Of a DNA stretch of 64,000 nt, positions 9,549 through 19,095 are shown in pieces. The stretch is from Clostridia bacterium (GTDB lineage Bacteria > Bacillota > Clostridia > Christensenellales > UBA1242). The stretch covers positions 2,436 through 66,435 of the forward strand of contig CAADYP010000016.1 of assembly GCA_900753315.1 (NCBI GenBank), read 5' to 3'. The first letter of the stretch is position 1. The number at the start of each line of letters is the position of its first letter. The notes beneath the pieces were generated by a model. It did no database searches, was not told where the DNA came from, and worked only from the letters and a program-made list of their open reading frames with translations. The translations under genes were made by a program, and so were the position numbers.

Positions 9549-9585
9549 AAAATAGCAGATGTTTTTGTCTGCTATTTTATTTTTC
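9549..9585 (+). terminator. intrinsic terminator after yebC
   Basis: An 11-bp perfect stem, aaaatagcaga / tctgctatttt, with loop tgttttg, followed by a T-run. Confidence 0.7.
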
Positions 9586-9678
9586 CAACATTCTATTTTA
9601 AATATTTTTATCTTTAATTGCCCAAATTTTACTGTTTTAACAAAAGCGAACTAAAATGTTTTTATAAGCTGTTTTCAT

Positions 9679-9707
9679 TTGACAAAATAGTCAATATTTA
9701 TTAAAAT
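9679..9707 (+). promoter_or_regulatory. candidate promoter giving a leaderless ruvC mRNA
   Basis: TTGACA (9679-9684), a 17-nt spacer, then TAAAAT (9702-9707). The ATG at 9714 is only 6 nt downstream and there is no SD. Confidence 0.45.
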
Positions 9708-9713
9708 TGTAAC

Positions 9714-10202
9714 ATGAGAATTTTAGGTATCGACCCTGGTTATGGGATTGTTGGATTTGGAATTATTGATACAGACAAAAATAATGCTGTTGTTGATTAT
9801 GGCGTTATTGAAACGCCAAAGGAAGAAACTTTCCCAGTTAGACTCCAACACATTGACGAATCTTTGCGTGTGATTTTTGAGACTTACAAACCAGATGAAG
9901 TTGCAATTGAAGAGTTGTTTTATTTCAAAAACCAAAAAACAGTCATTCAAGTTGCTCAAGCAAGGGGAGTTATTGTTCTTGCGAGCCAAAAATATTGTGG
10001 CAGAACTTTTGAATACACACCTATTCAAATTAAACAAGCACTCACCGGAAACGGCAGAGCAGACAAAAGACAAATGCAATTTATGGTTAAAAATGTTTTA
10101 GGGCTGGCTTCAATTCCAAAACCAGACGATGCTGCCGATGCCTTGGCAGTTGCATTGTGTCACAGTCAAATAAATCCTCGTCTCAATTTCAATATGATGT
10201 AA
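9714..10202 (+). CDS. ruvC: Holliday junction resolvase RuvC
   Basis: 'MRILGIDPGYGIVGFGII' plus a 'DAADALAVALCH' C-terminal motif. Confidence 0.9.
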   Translation: MRILGIDPGYGIVGFGIIDTDKNNAVVDYGVIETPKEETFPVRLQHIDESLRVIFETYKPDEVAIEELFYFKNQKTVIQVAQARGVIVLASQKYCGRTFEYTPIQIKQALTGNGRADKRQMQFMVKNVLGLASIPKPDDAADALAVALCHSQINPRLNFNMM

Positions 10203-10273
10203 AATTGGAAAGAATTGACAAAATTTATTGAAAGTTAAAATTTTATTTTTTATGAAAACTTAAAGGAGAAATC

Positions 10274-10873
10274 ATGATAGCATTTTTGGTCGGCACTATC
10301 GAAGAAAAAAGAGAAAACTTGCTTACTATGGATGTAAACGGGGTGGGCTATGAACTCTCAATCTCAAACAACACTCTGGTAAGTTTGCCTATGGAAGGTG
10401 AAACTGCAAGGGTTTTGACATATTTGCAAGTCAGCGAAAATACTGGCGTTTGCTTATATGGATTTGCTACAACTGAAGAAAAAGCCATGTTTTTGAAACT
10501 TATAACTGTTTCAGGGATTGGACCAAAAATGGCAATAGGAATTTTGTCTGGCATGAAGCTTTCTGATTTGATAGTTGCAATCATTAACGAAGATAGCAAC
10601 ATGCTTTCAAAAATCAAAGGTCTTGGAAAGAAAAGTGCCGAAAGAATTTGTTTGGAACTTAAAGATAAAGTTTCTACAAATGGTTTGGCGATTGAAAACA
10701 ACATTCAACTCTCTGGAAATTACAACGAGACTGCACTAAATGATGCTGTTGATACTTTGATAAATTTGGGAGTAAACAAAAACGATGCCTACAAACTTGC
10801 TCGTAGCAAAGCAACTGAAAACACAACAGCCGAAGAAATCATCTTGAAAGTTTTGAAAGAACTTGGCAGATAA
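10274..10873 (+). CDS. ruvA: Holliday junction branch migration complex subunit RuvA
   Basis: 'MIAFLVGTI...VNGVGYEL' and the HhH region 'LITVSGIGPKMA'. Confidence 0.9.
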   Translation: MIAFLVGTIEEKRENLLTMDVNGVGYELSISNNTLVSLPMEGETARVLTYLQVSENTGVCLYGFATTEEKAMFLKLITVSGIGPKMAIGILSGMKLSDLIVAIINEDSNMLSKIKGLGKKSAERICLELKDKVSTNGLAIENNIQLSGNYNETALNDAVDTLINLGVNKNDAYKLARSKATENTTAEEIILKVLKELGR

Positions 10874-10927
10874 TAAAAACTTTTTGACTTTTGGCGTTTA
10901 AAATTAAAAACGAAACATTTCACAAGT

Positions 10928-10983
10928 CACAAGATATAGTGTGTTACTCTTGTGAAGTAAATTGAATAATACACAAAATATAG
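10928..10983. repeat. copy of the dispersed intergenic repeat family (cacaagatatag-tgtgttact ... ataataca-cacaaaatatag)
   Basis: Shares the CACAAnATATAG and GTGTATTAT-type cores with copies at 14.5, 33.0, 35.1, 46.2 and 48.7 kb. Confidence 0.5.
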
Positions 10984-10996
10984 AAAAGGAAACGAT

Positions 10997-12007
10997 ATGG
11001 AAGATAGATTTATTACAAGCACAAAAAATTGGACAGATGCCGAAATCGAAAACTCACTTAGACCCACAAAACTCTCTGACTATGTAGGACAAGAAAAGGT
11101 TAAACAGAGTTTGGATATTTATATCAAAGCAGCAAAATCAAGAAAAGATGCTCTTGACCACGTTTTGTTGTATGGCCCACCAGGACTTGGAAAGACAACA
11201 TTGTCACATATTATTGCAAATGAACTCGGTTCACAGTTTAAAATCACATCAGGGCCTGCTATCGAACATGCCGCTGACCTTGCCGCTATTTTGACAAACT
11301 TAAACAAAAATGATGTTTTGTTTATTGATGAAATTCACAGACTCAACAAAAGTGTTGAAGAAATTTTGTATCCAGCTATGGAAGACTTTGCTCTGGATTT
11401 TATCGTAGGAAAGGGGCCTTCAGCAAAAAATATGCGTCTTAAAATCCAACCTTTCACTTTGATTGGCGCAACAACAAAAGCTGGTATGCTCACAAGTCCA
11501 TTAAGAGACAGATTTGGTGTAATTTGTCGTTTGGAACTTTATGAAAATAACGAACTTCAAATCATTATCAAGCGTTCTGCAAAGATTTTGAACATAGATA
11601 TTGACGACCAAGCAAGTTTGGACATTGCAAAGCGTTCTCGTGGAACTCCACGTATTGCAAACCGTCTTTTGAAGCGTGTCAGAGACTATGCAGAAGTTTT
11701 GGGCTCTGGAAAAATCACAAAGGAAATTGCAGACCAAGCACTTGCAAAAATGGAAATTGATGATTTGGGACTCGACTTCATTGATAGAAAAATTTTGGAA
11801 AGTATTATTTACAAATTTGGCGGTGGGCCTGTCGGTCTTGACACTCTTTCAGCCACAATCAGTGAAGATGCAAGCACAATTGAAGATGTTTATGAGCCTT
11901 ATCTCTTGCAGTTGGGATTTATTGCCAGAACTCCAAGGGGGCGTATTGCTCTTGAAAATGCTTACAATCATTTGGGAATTTCTTTCCCAGAAAATAACAA
12001 AAAATAG
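10997..12007 (+). CDS. ruvB: Holliday junction DNA helicase RuvB
   Basis: AAA+ Walker A 'GPPGLGKTT', 'LFIDEIHRL' and '[11 protein letters not shown]'. Confidence 0.95.
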   Translation: MEDRFITSTKNWTDAEIENSLRPTKLSDYVGQEKVKQSLDIYIKAAKSRKDALDHVLLYGPPGLGKTTLSHIIANELGSQFKITSGPAIEHAADLAAILTNLNKNDVLFIDEIHRLNKSVEEILYPAMEDFALDFIVGKGPSAKNMRLKIQPFTLIGATTKAGMLTSPLRDRFGVICRLELYENNELQIIIKRSAKILNIDIDDQASLDIAKRSRGTPRIANRLLKRVRDYAEVLGSGKITKEIADQALAKMEIDDLGLDFIDRKILESIIYKFGGGPVGLDTLSATISEDASTIEDVYEPYLLQLGFIARTPRGRIALENAYNHLGISFPENNKK

Positions 12008-12015
12008 AGGATAAA

Positions 12016-13059
12016 ATGCAAAGAGAATTATTGCGTAGCACATATTATTATGATTTGCCAGAGGAGCAAATTGCACAAACTCCAATCGAACCAAGAGACC
12101 ACTCAAGACTTTTGTGCTACAACAGGAAAACAGAAAAAATTGAACATAAACATTTCTATGATATCTTGGACTTTTTAAAACCAGGTGATGTTTTGGTAGT
12201 CAACAACAGCAAAGTTTTGCCAGCAAGGTTGTTTGGTTTCAAATCAACAACTGGTGCAAAAATCGAAATTTTGTTACAAAAACGCATTGATTTGAAAAAC
12301 TGGGAAGTTATAGCAAAACCACAAAAAAGACTTGCTGTAGGAACTGAAATTGTTTTCAATGAAAATATTAAATGTTTCGTTACAGAAATTGGTGACTATG
12401 GTTCTTGCAAAGTTAGATTTGAATATTCTGATGACAAGCCATTTGAAGCACATCTAATTGAAATTGGAACAATGCCACTTCCACCATATATCAAAGAAAA
12501 GCTTAAAAATCAAAACAGATATCAAACCGTTTATGCAAAAGTTGATGGTTCAAGTGCTGCTCCAACTGCAGGACTTCATTTTACCAAAGAATTGATTGAA
12601 AAAATCAAGGCAAAAGGCGTTGAATTTGTTGAAGTATTGTTGCATGTTGGACTTGGGACTTTCCGTCCAGTAAAAGAAGACAACATCAAAGACCACGAAA
12701 TGCACAGTGAATATTTTGAAATTTCTCCGGAAGTTGCGGATACAATAAACAAAGCCAAAGCCGAAGGAAGGAGAGTTATTGCTGTAGGCACAACATCAAT
12801 CAGAGTTTTGGAAAGTGGTGTTGATGAAAATGGGAAACTTCAACCACAAAAGCGCGAAACAAAAATTTTCATATACCCACCATACAAATTTAAAATGGTA
12901 GATGCTTTGATAACAAACTTCCACTTGCCAGAGAGCACATTGATTATGCTTATCTCTGCTTTCATTGGTGACATAGACAAAACTTTGGATTTATACAAAC
13001 TCGCTGTAAATGAAAAATATCGTTTCTTCAGTTTCGGCGATGCAATGTTCATTGAATGA
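12016..13059 (+). CDS. queA: S-adenosylmethionine:tRNA ribosyltransferase-isomerase
   Basis: 'YDLPEEQIAQTPIEPRDHSRLL', 'PLPPYI' and 'YRFFSFGDAM'. Confidence 0.95.
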   Translation: MQRELLRSTYYYDLPEEQIAQTPIEPRDHSRLLCYNRKTEKIEHKHFYDILDFLKPGDVLVVNNSKVLPARLFGFKSTTGAKIEILLQKRIDLKNWEVIAKPQKRLAVGTEIVFNENIKCFVTEIGDYGSCKVRFEYSDDKPFEAHLIEIGTMPLPPYIKEKLKNQNRYQTVYAKVDGSSAAPTAGLHFTKELIEKIKAKGVEFVEVLLHVGLGTFRPVKEDNIKDHEMHSEYFEISPEVADTINKAKAEGRRVIAVGTTSIRVLESGVDENGKLQPQKRETKIFIYPPYKFKMVDALITNFHLPESTLIMLISAFIGDIDKTLDLYKLAVNEKYRFFSFGDAMFIE

Positions 13060-13158
13060 AATATTAGATTTTCAATTTTACTTCAAATTTGATTTTTCAA
13101 TGATTATTTATCAAATCTCAAACCAAACAAAATAAAAATCAAAAGGATAAAATTATAC

Positions 13159-14289
13159 ATGAAAGATGTAAATTTTAGTTATGAAATAATAAAAGAATGT
13201 TCTAAAACTGGTGCACGAGCAGGCATTTTGCATACACCAAGAGGAGATATAAAGACTCCAGTCTTTATGCCAGTTGGCACACAAGCAACAGTAAAAGGTC
13301 TTAGACCAGAAGATTTAAATGATATGGGAGCACAGATTATTTTGTCAAACACATATCATCTTTTCTTGCGTCCTGGTGAAGACATTGTCGAGAAAGCAGG
13401 CGGGTTACACAAATTTATGAATTGGGAGAAACCAATACTTACAGATAGCGGTGGCTTTCAAGTTTTTTCATTGTCTGATTTGAGAAAAGTATCAGAGAAA
13501 GGCGTTGAATTTCGTTCGCACTTAAGTGGTGAAAAATTTATGATGACACCAGAACTCTGTATGCATATTCAAGAAGCATTGGATAGCGATATAAACATGG
13601 CACTTGACCAATGCACAGAAGCGGGTGCAAGTTATGCCGAAGCAGAAAAAGCACGAGAACTCACAAAATCATGGCTTAAAAGATGCTATGAAGCACACAA
13701 TGGCGGAAACCATGTTCTTTTTCCTATTGTCCAAGGTAATATGTATAAAGACCTTCGTGCAAAATGCGTTGAAGACTGCAAACCTTATGCAAAATGCGGA
13801 ATAGCAATTGGCGGACTTTCTGTTGGAGAAGAAAAATCAGTGATGTATGACATTTTGGATCTCTTAAATCCATTGCTTCCACACGATATGCCTAGATATT
13901 TGATGGGCGTAGGGAGTCCTGACTGTTTGCTTGAAGGTTTTTCAAGGGGAGTAGATATGATGGACTGTGTTCTCGCAACAAGAATCGCAAGAAATGGAAC
14001 AGCATTCTCAAGCACTGGCAAAATGGTAATAAAAAATTCTTCTTTCAAAGAAGATTTTAGACCAATTGAAGAAGGTTGTAACTGTTATGCTTGCAAACAT
14101 TTCAGCAGAGCATACATTAGACACTTAATCAATGCTGGAGAAATGTTAGGAGCAGAATTGCTTTCAATCCACAATCTCAGATTTTTGATTAGACTTGCAG
14201 AACAAAGCCGTGAAGCAATTTTGGGCGATTATTTTGCAGAATTCAAAGAAGACTTCTTGAGCAAATATAAAATCACATCTGCTTTTTAG
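13159..14289 (+). CDS. tgt: queuine tRNA-ribosyltransferase
   Basis: 'GARAGILHTPRGDIKTPVFMPVGT', 'LTDSGGFQV' and the zinc motif 'CNCYACKHFSRAYIRHL'. Confidence 0.95.
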   Translation: MKDVNFSYEIIKECSKTGARAGILHTPRGDIKTPVFMPVGTQATVKGLRPEDLNDMGAQIILSNTYHLFLRPGEDIVEKAGGLHKFMNWEKPILTDSGGFQVFSLSDLRKVSEKGVEFRSHLSGEKFMMTPELCMHIQEALDSDINMALDQCTEAGASYAEAEKARELTKSWLKRCYEAHNGGNHVLFPIVQGNMYKDLRAKCVEDCKPYAKCGIAIGGLSVGEEKSVMYDILDLLNPLLPHDMPRYLMGVGSPDCLLEGFSRGVDMMDCVLATRIARNGTAFSSTGKMVIKNSSFKEDFRPIEEGCNCYACKHFSRAYIRHLINAGEMLGAELLSIHNLRFLIRLAEQSREAILGDYFAEFKEDFLSKYKITSAF

Positions 14290-14293
14290 ATTT

Positions 14294-14320
14294 AAACCGC
14301 ATCTTATCTTGCGGTTTTTC
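14294..14320 (+). terminator. intrinsic terminator after tgt
   Basis: Stem aaaccgc / gcggttt, followed by a T-run. Confidence 0.7.
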
Positions 14321-14456
14321 ATTTTGTAATTGACAAAAAGATCAAGTTTTAAAATATAATAGGGGTATTAAATTATAAACTTGATTTATTATCATTGTTG
14401 AATTAGCTTAAAACATGATACATTACACGAAAATTTTAAAGGCGACAACATTTTTG

Positions 14457-14563
14457 TTGCATAATACTCGAACCAAATCTATTCGCAAAAGACAGGTTTT
14501 GCGAATAGATAATACATATTTTGAGTATTATGCAATTTCTAACTACAAAATGTTGTATTATGC
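14457..14563. repeat. nested perfect hairpin built from repeat-family arms, plus a third arm copy
   Basis: The outer arms are 13-bp perfect: ttgcataatactc (14457-14469) / gagtattatgcaa (14523-14535). They enclose an inner 14-bp perfect stem, atctattcgcaaaa (14477-14490) / ttttgcgaatagat (14497-14510). A further gtattatgc copy lies at 14555-14563. Confidence 0.7.
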
Positions 14564-14700
14564 AATAAATCTTTTTTTACTTAACTCTTATAAATATTCA
14601 TTTATTTTTTAATAAAATTTATATGTAATAATTTATCTTTTCAATATTGAAGATTTGCATACTACTATCAATTTTAACAACATAATAACAAAAACGCACA

Positions 14701-14771
14701 AAAAAACTTCTACATTTTGTTCTGTATCTAATTTAAAGTTAAAAATTAGATAATATCTGTAGAAGTTTTTT
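14701..14771 (-). terminator. long hairpin terminator after nifU (bidirectional shape)
   Basis: Arms aaaaaacttctaca (14701-14714) / tgtagaagtttttt (14758-14771) with an inner stem atctaattt / aaattagat. Confidence 0.55.
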
Positions 14772-14797
14772 AACATTATTTATTGATATTTTGCATA

Positions 14798-15256
14798 TTA
14801 TTCTGCATCAGCCAAAGTTTCGTCTTCTTCAATAACAGATTTTGCTTTCTTTTTTGTTTTTCTTATTTCCGCTTTTGTTTCTTTTTCTTTGGTTTTATAA
14901 TAATTTTCGATTGCTGCACGAATAGATTCTTCAGCCAAAATTGAGCAATGAATTTTATGTAAAGGCAGATCTCCCATAATTTCCAAAACATCTTTGTTTG
15001 AAACTTTCAAAGCTTCTTCAATAGTTTTTCCTTTGATTAAATCGCAAGCAATATCTGTTGAAGCAATCGCAGCACAACACCCAAATGTCTTGAATTTTGC
15101 ATTCTCAATCACCCCATCATCATTTATTTTTAAATACATCTTCATAATATCGCCACAAGCGGGATTTCCTACTTGACCAATCGCATTTGCGCCATGCATT
15201 CCGCCTGCGTTTCGTGGATTTTGAAATCTATCCATCACCGTTTTGCTATAAAACAT
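14798..15256 (-). CDS. nifU: Fe-S cluster assembly scaffold protein NifU/IscU
   Basis: 'YSKTVMDRFQNPRNAG...GNPACGDIMKMYL...FKTFGCCAAIAS...LPLHKIHCS' contains the three conserved Cys. Confidence 0.9.
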   Translation of the reverse strand: MFYSKTVMDRFQNPRNAGGMHGANAIGQVGNPACGDIMKMYLKINDDGVIENAKFKTFGCCAAIASTDIACDLIKGKTIEEALKVSNKDVLEIMGDLPLHKIHCSILAEESIRAAIENYYKTKEKETKAEIRKTKKKAKSVIEEDETLADAE

Positions 15257-15258
15257 AA

Positions 15259-16434
15259 TTAAATCCTCCCTGCTTGAATTGGTGAAATTGCTCTAAGTTT
15301 TGTTACGGCTTTTGCAATTTCATCTACGACATAATCAACATCAGATTTTGAAATGTTTGTTCCAAATGAGATTCTGATAGAACTTTGAGCAATCTCATCT
15401 GGCACCCCCATTGCTTTCAAAACATGTGATGGCAACAATGATTTAGATGTGCAAGCAGATGCTGTAGAAACAGCAATACCAGCCAAATCCAAAAGCATCA
15501 ACAAAGATTCTCCTTCAATTCCGTAGAATGAAACATTTAAAATCGCATTTGATTTTTGATATTGATGTCCGTTTACTTGAAAAAATTCAACCTTTTCAGA
15601 CAATTTCTCAAGGAAATATTCTCTTATGTTTTTAAGTTTTTTGTTGTTGATAATATAATTCCTTGTGGCAATTTCCATTGCCTTCCCAAAACCTGCAATT
15701 CCTGGCACATTTTCAGTTCCAGCACGTTTTCCTCTTTCTTGACTGTTTCCACCAAATGTGATTGGTTCAATTCTTACACCATTCTTTACATAAAGTGCAC
15801 CAACACCCTTTGGTCCATGAATTTTGTGAGAAGACATTGACATCAAATCAATTTCCATATCTCTCACATCCATTTTGATGTGTCCAATTGCTTGAACAGC
15901 ATCTGTATGGAACAAAATGTTGTAATCATGAGCGATTTTTGCAATTGCTTTGATGTTTTGAATTGTTCCAACTTCGTTGTTTACTGACATAATAGAAATC
16001 AAAATTGTATCTTTTCTAATTGCATGCAAAAGTTCTGGAAGGCTAACCAATCCAGTTTTATCGACTGGCAAATATGTAATTTCATATCCTTCTTTTTCGA
16101 GTTGTTCACAAGCATGCAAAACAGCATGGTGTTCGATAGAACTTGTGATAATATGCTTACCTTTGTTTGCATAAGCATGAGCGATACCAATAATTGCCCA
16201 GTTATCTGATTCTGTTCCACCGCTTGTAAAGTAAATTTCATTGGATTTTTCAGCATTTATAGCATCTTTAATTCTGTCTCTAGCACGGTCAACAATAGAC
16301 ATTGCATCTCTTCCAAAACTATGTATTGAGCCAGCATTTCCATAAATTGTATTGAAACAAGGCATCATTTCATTCAACACTTCATTTGAAACATATGTAG
16401 TTGATGCGTTATCCAAATAAATCTTTCTTTCCAT
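15259..16434 (-). CDS. nifS: cysteine desulfurase NifS
   Basis: PLP-lysine motif 'SMSSHKIHGPKGVGALY' and active-site 'STASACTS'. The start is set at 'MERKIYLDNAS' (ATG 16434) after SD 'agaggaaa'. Confidence 0.9.
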   Translation of the reverse strand: MERKIYLDNASTTYVSNEVLNEMMPCFNTIYGNAGSIHSFGRDAMSIVDRARDRIKDAINAEKSNEIYFTSGGTESDNWAIIGIAHAYANKGKHIITSSIEHHAVLHACEQLEKEGYEITYLPVDKTGLVSLPELLHAIRKDTILISIMSVNNEVGTIQNIKAIAKIAHDYNILFHTDAVQAIGHIKMDVRDMEIDLMSMSSHKIHGPKGVGALYVKNGVRIEPITFGGNSQERGKRAGTENVPGIAGFGKAMEIATRNYIINNKKLKNIREYFLEKLSEKVEFFQVNGHQYQKSNAILNVSFYGIEGESLLMLLDLAGIAVSTASACTSKSLLPSHVLKAMGVPDEIAQSSIRISFGTNISKSDVDYVVDEIAKAVTKLRAISPIQAGRI

Positions 16435-16463
16435 TTGATTTCCTCTTTTTATATTATAATACA

Positions 16464-16492
16464 ATTTTAACACCAATAAAAAAGATTGTCAA
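16464..16492 (-). promoter_or_regulatory. candidate promoter of nifS-nifU
   Basis: On the minus strand: TTGACA, a 17-nt spacer, then TAAAAT. Confidence 0.4.
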
Positions 16493-16560
16493 TAGTCAAC
16501 TTGAATTTTGACATCAACAATCATGCCTAAAATTTGCAAAAATTTAGGCTAAAAATGATT

Positions 16561-16869
16561 TTAAAGGTATTTTTTTATCATATCTTCGATATCTTTTTGC
16601 ATCATAAGTCCGACTTGCTTTTCTTTTTGTTCTCCGTTTACAAAAAGTATCATTGTTGGAATACTCATAATTCCAAAACTTCTAGCCAATTTTTCATTGT
16701 CATCAACATCAACTTTGTAAATTTTAAAACCTTCTCCAAGTTCGTCTTGAACTTTTTCCAAAATTGGAGAAAGCATACGGCAAGGCCCACACCAAGTTGC
16801 AAAGAAATCAATCAAAACAACTCCATTTTTGGTTTTTTCTGCAAAATCTTTTTCGTTAATAATTTCCAT
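16561..16869 (-). CDS. trxA: thioredoxin
   Basis: 'FFATWCGPCRMLSP' contains the WCGPC active site. Confidence 0.9.
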   Translation of the reverse strand: MEIINEKDFAEKTKNGVVLIDFFATWCGPCRMLSPILEKVQDELGEGFKIYKVDVDDNEKLARSFGIMSIPTMILFVNGEQKEKQVGLMMQKDIEDMIKKYL

Positions 16870-16927
16870 TTTTAAGTCCTTTTTTTATTTAAATGCTTTG
16901 CTAATACAATAAGCAATAATTGTTTTA

Positions 16928-17632
16928 TTATACATTGCTTTGAGACACTTTAATCAGTTCGTTTATAACGAATGCCCCTAAAACACAACCACACATTGCT
17001 GGATAATATGAAATACTGCCAACAGAAAGATTTTCAGTGCGGTCAAACTTGATTGCTGGTGTGTCACAAGTCACTACATCAAGAGATTTAACTTCTCTTT
17101 CACGCAATTTTTTGCGAATAATTTTTGCCAGACCATCATTGCTTGTTTTGAAAATGTCAATCACTTTGAAATTAGGTATATTTGTGCGATTTCCAGCACC
17201 CATGGCCGAAACAATATTGATTTCGTGCTGTTTGCAATAACAAATTAAATCCAATTTGTCTGTGACTTTGTCAATAGCATCAACAACATAATCAAATTGA
17301 TTTTCAGTAAAAAATGTTTCGGCAAATTCACTACAAAAACGGTTTTGATATGTTTTTATAATACATTCTGGATTGATTTCCTTAATCATTTGCTTCATAA
17401 CATCAGTTTTTGCAAGTCCAACTGTCTTTGATGTCGCTACAACTTGCCTATTTATGTTTGTTTCGTCAACTTTATCAAAATCAACAAGCGTAATTTTTCC
17501 AACTCCAGCTCTTGCAAGCATCATGCAAACATATCCGCCAACTCCACCAATGCCAATAACTGCAACTGATGAATTTTTTAATTTGTTTAAACCATCTTGT
17601 CCCAAAAGAATCTTTGTTCTATCAGTCCACAT
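16928..17632 (-). CDS. tcdA: tRNA threonylcarbamoyladenosine dehydratase (ThiF/HesA family)
   Basis: 'VAVIGIGGVGGYVCMMLARAGVGKITLVDFDKVDETNINRQ'. The start is set at 'MWTDRTK' after SD 'ggagaaag'; the track start 17719 is also possible. Confidence 0.7.
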   Translation of the reverse strand: MWTDRTKILLGQDGLNKLKNSSVAVIGIGGVGGYVCMMLARAGVGKITLVDFDKVDETNINRQVVATSKTVGLAKTDVMKQMIKEINPECIIKTYQNRFCSEFAETFFTENQFDYVVDAIDKVTDKLDLICYCKQHEINIVSAMGAGNRTNIPNFKVIDIFKTSNDGLAKIIRKKLREREVKSLDVVTCDTPAIKFDRTENLSVGSISYYPAMCGCVLGAFVINELIKVSQSNV

Positions 17633-17772
17633 AATTTCTCTTTCTCCGTATAACTTCAATACAAGATTACAAAATTTTTGCATAATATTGTTGTATTCTT
17701 GCTTTAATAATAACCACAATATATTGTTGTGTTATTTAATAATATTTTTGCATACTACACAATATAGGTGTA

Positions 17773-19068
17773 TTATAAAACATATTTTTTCAAATCATAT
17801 TTCTTTTGTCTATCTTTAAAGACATTGTTTACATAATTCTTATCAATGATTATATCAAGCATTGGATGCTCGCCAGTAGCATTGAATGAAACATCTTCAA
17901 GCAAAGCTTCCATCAAAGTATGAAGTCTTCTTGCTCCCAAATCTTCACTTGTTTCATTTTCTTGTTCTGCCATTTCTGCAATTTCGTCCAAAGCATCGTC
18001 TTTAAACACAAGATTTATGTTGTCCACTTTCAAAAGATTTGAATATTGAACAGTCACCGCATTTTTTGGTGTGCTCAAAATCTTTTTGAAGTCTGCTTTT
18101 GTCAAACTTTCAAGTTCAACTCTAATTGGGAATCTTCCTTGAAGTTCTGGAATCATATCTTCCATTTTCGCAACATGGAACGCCCCTGCTGCGATAAACA
18201 AAATAAAGTCTGTCTTCACATTGCCGTATTTTGTTGGAACTGTGCTTCCTTCAACGATAGGCAAAATATCTCTTTGAACACCTTCTCTAGACACATCAGC
18301 ACTGTTTGTTGCTTGGCTTTTTCCAATAATTTTGTCAATTTCATCAATGAAAATGATTCCTTGTTCTTCAGCCAAAGTGATTGCTTCTTCATTCACATTG
18401 TCCATATCAATGATTTTGTCTGCTTCTTCTTGTAAAAGCACTTCACGAGCGTGTTTTACAGTCATTTTCTTTTTCTTATGTTTTGGTGGTGTAAGTCCAT
18501 CAAACATAGAACCAAGGTTTATTTCATTTCCGCCAATGGCCATCATAGGTTTTGGATTGTCAATAACAACAACTTCGACAATTTCGTCTTCACATTTGCC
18601 ATTATGCAAATCTTCAAAGAGCAAATCTCTATTTACATCTACCATTGTAACACGTCTGTTTTGAAACAAAGCGTCAACCAATTTGTTTTCAACAATAGGC
18701 ATAACCTTGTCTTCAACTTCTTTCTTCTTCTTGTCCTTAACCATTCTTACAGCAACTTCAACAAGGTCTCTCACCATGCTTTCAACATCTCTGCCGACAT
18801 AACCAACTTCGGTATATTTTGTTGCTTCAACCTTTACGAATGGTGCACCAACAAGTTTTGCAAGTCTTCTTGCAATTTCTGTTTTACCAACACCAGTAGG
18901 CCCACTCATAACAATGTTTTTTGGTGTAATTTCGTCTCTTACATCAGCTGGTAACTGACTTCTTCTATAACGGTTTCTAAGTGCAACAGCAACCGCTTTT
19001 TTCGCTTTTGTTTGCCCTACGATATATTTGTCCAATTCGTTTACGATTTGTTTTGGTGTAAAATTCAT
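17773..19068 (-). CDS. hslU: ATP-dependent protease ATPase subunit HslU
   Basis: 'TPKQIVNELDKYIVGQTKAKKAVAVALRNRYRR' and Walker A 'GPTGVGKTEIARRLA'. Confidence 0.95.
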   Translation of the reverse strand: MNFTPKQIVNELDKYIVGQTKAKKAVAVALRNRYRRSQLPADVRDEITPKNIVMSGPTGVGKTEIARRLAKLVGAPFVKVEATKYTEVGYVGRDVESMVRDLVEVAVRMVKDKKKKEVEDKVMPIVENKLVDALFQNRRVTMVDVNRDLLFEDLHNGKCEDEIVEVVVIDNPKPMMAIGGNEINLGSMFDGLTPPKHKKKKMTVKHAREVLLQEEADKIIDMDNVNEEAITLAEEQGIIFIDEIDKIIGKSQATNSADVSREGVQRDILPIVEGSTVPTKYGNVKTDFILFIAAGAFHVAKMEDMIPELQGRFPIRVELESLTKADFKKILSTPKNAVTVQYSNLLKVDNINLVFKDDALDEIAEMAEQENETSEDLGARRLHTLMEALLEDVSFNATGEHPMLDIIIDKNYVNNVFKDRQKKYDLKKYVL

Positions 19069-19095
19069 CTTCTATTCCTCCATAAACCTGAAATA

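Noticed and set aside
9647-9661. A LexA (Cheo) box upstream of ruvC: cgaactaaaatgttt.
   Set aside because: The half-sites GAAC and GTTT are separated by 6 nt rather than the 4 nt of the GAAC-N4-GTTC consensus, and the second half-site is imperfect. It is probably a chance match in AT-rich DNA.
14415-14612. A 65-aa ORF in the tgt-nifU gap.
   Set aside because: It has no SD, and its reading frame runs straight through the nested perfect hairpins. The region reads better as structured RNA or a repeat than as coding sequence.
14580-14640. A dif-like XerC/D site at the orientation switch (..aataaaatttatatgtaataattt..) and at the gtattatgc copies.
   Set aside because: The best alignments to the recalled Bacillus and E. 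coli dif 28-mers give only about 7/11 on the XerD arm and 5-6/11 on the XerC arm. In AT-rich sequence that is indistinguishable from chance.
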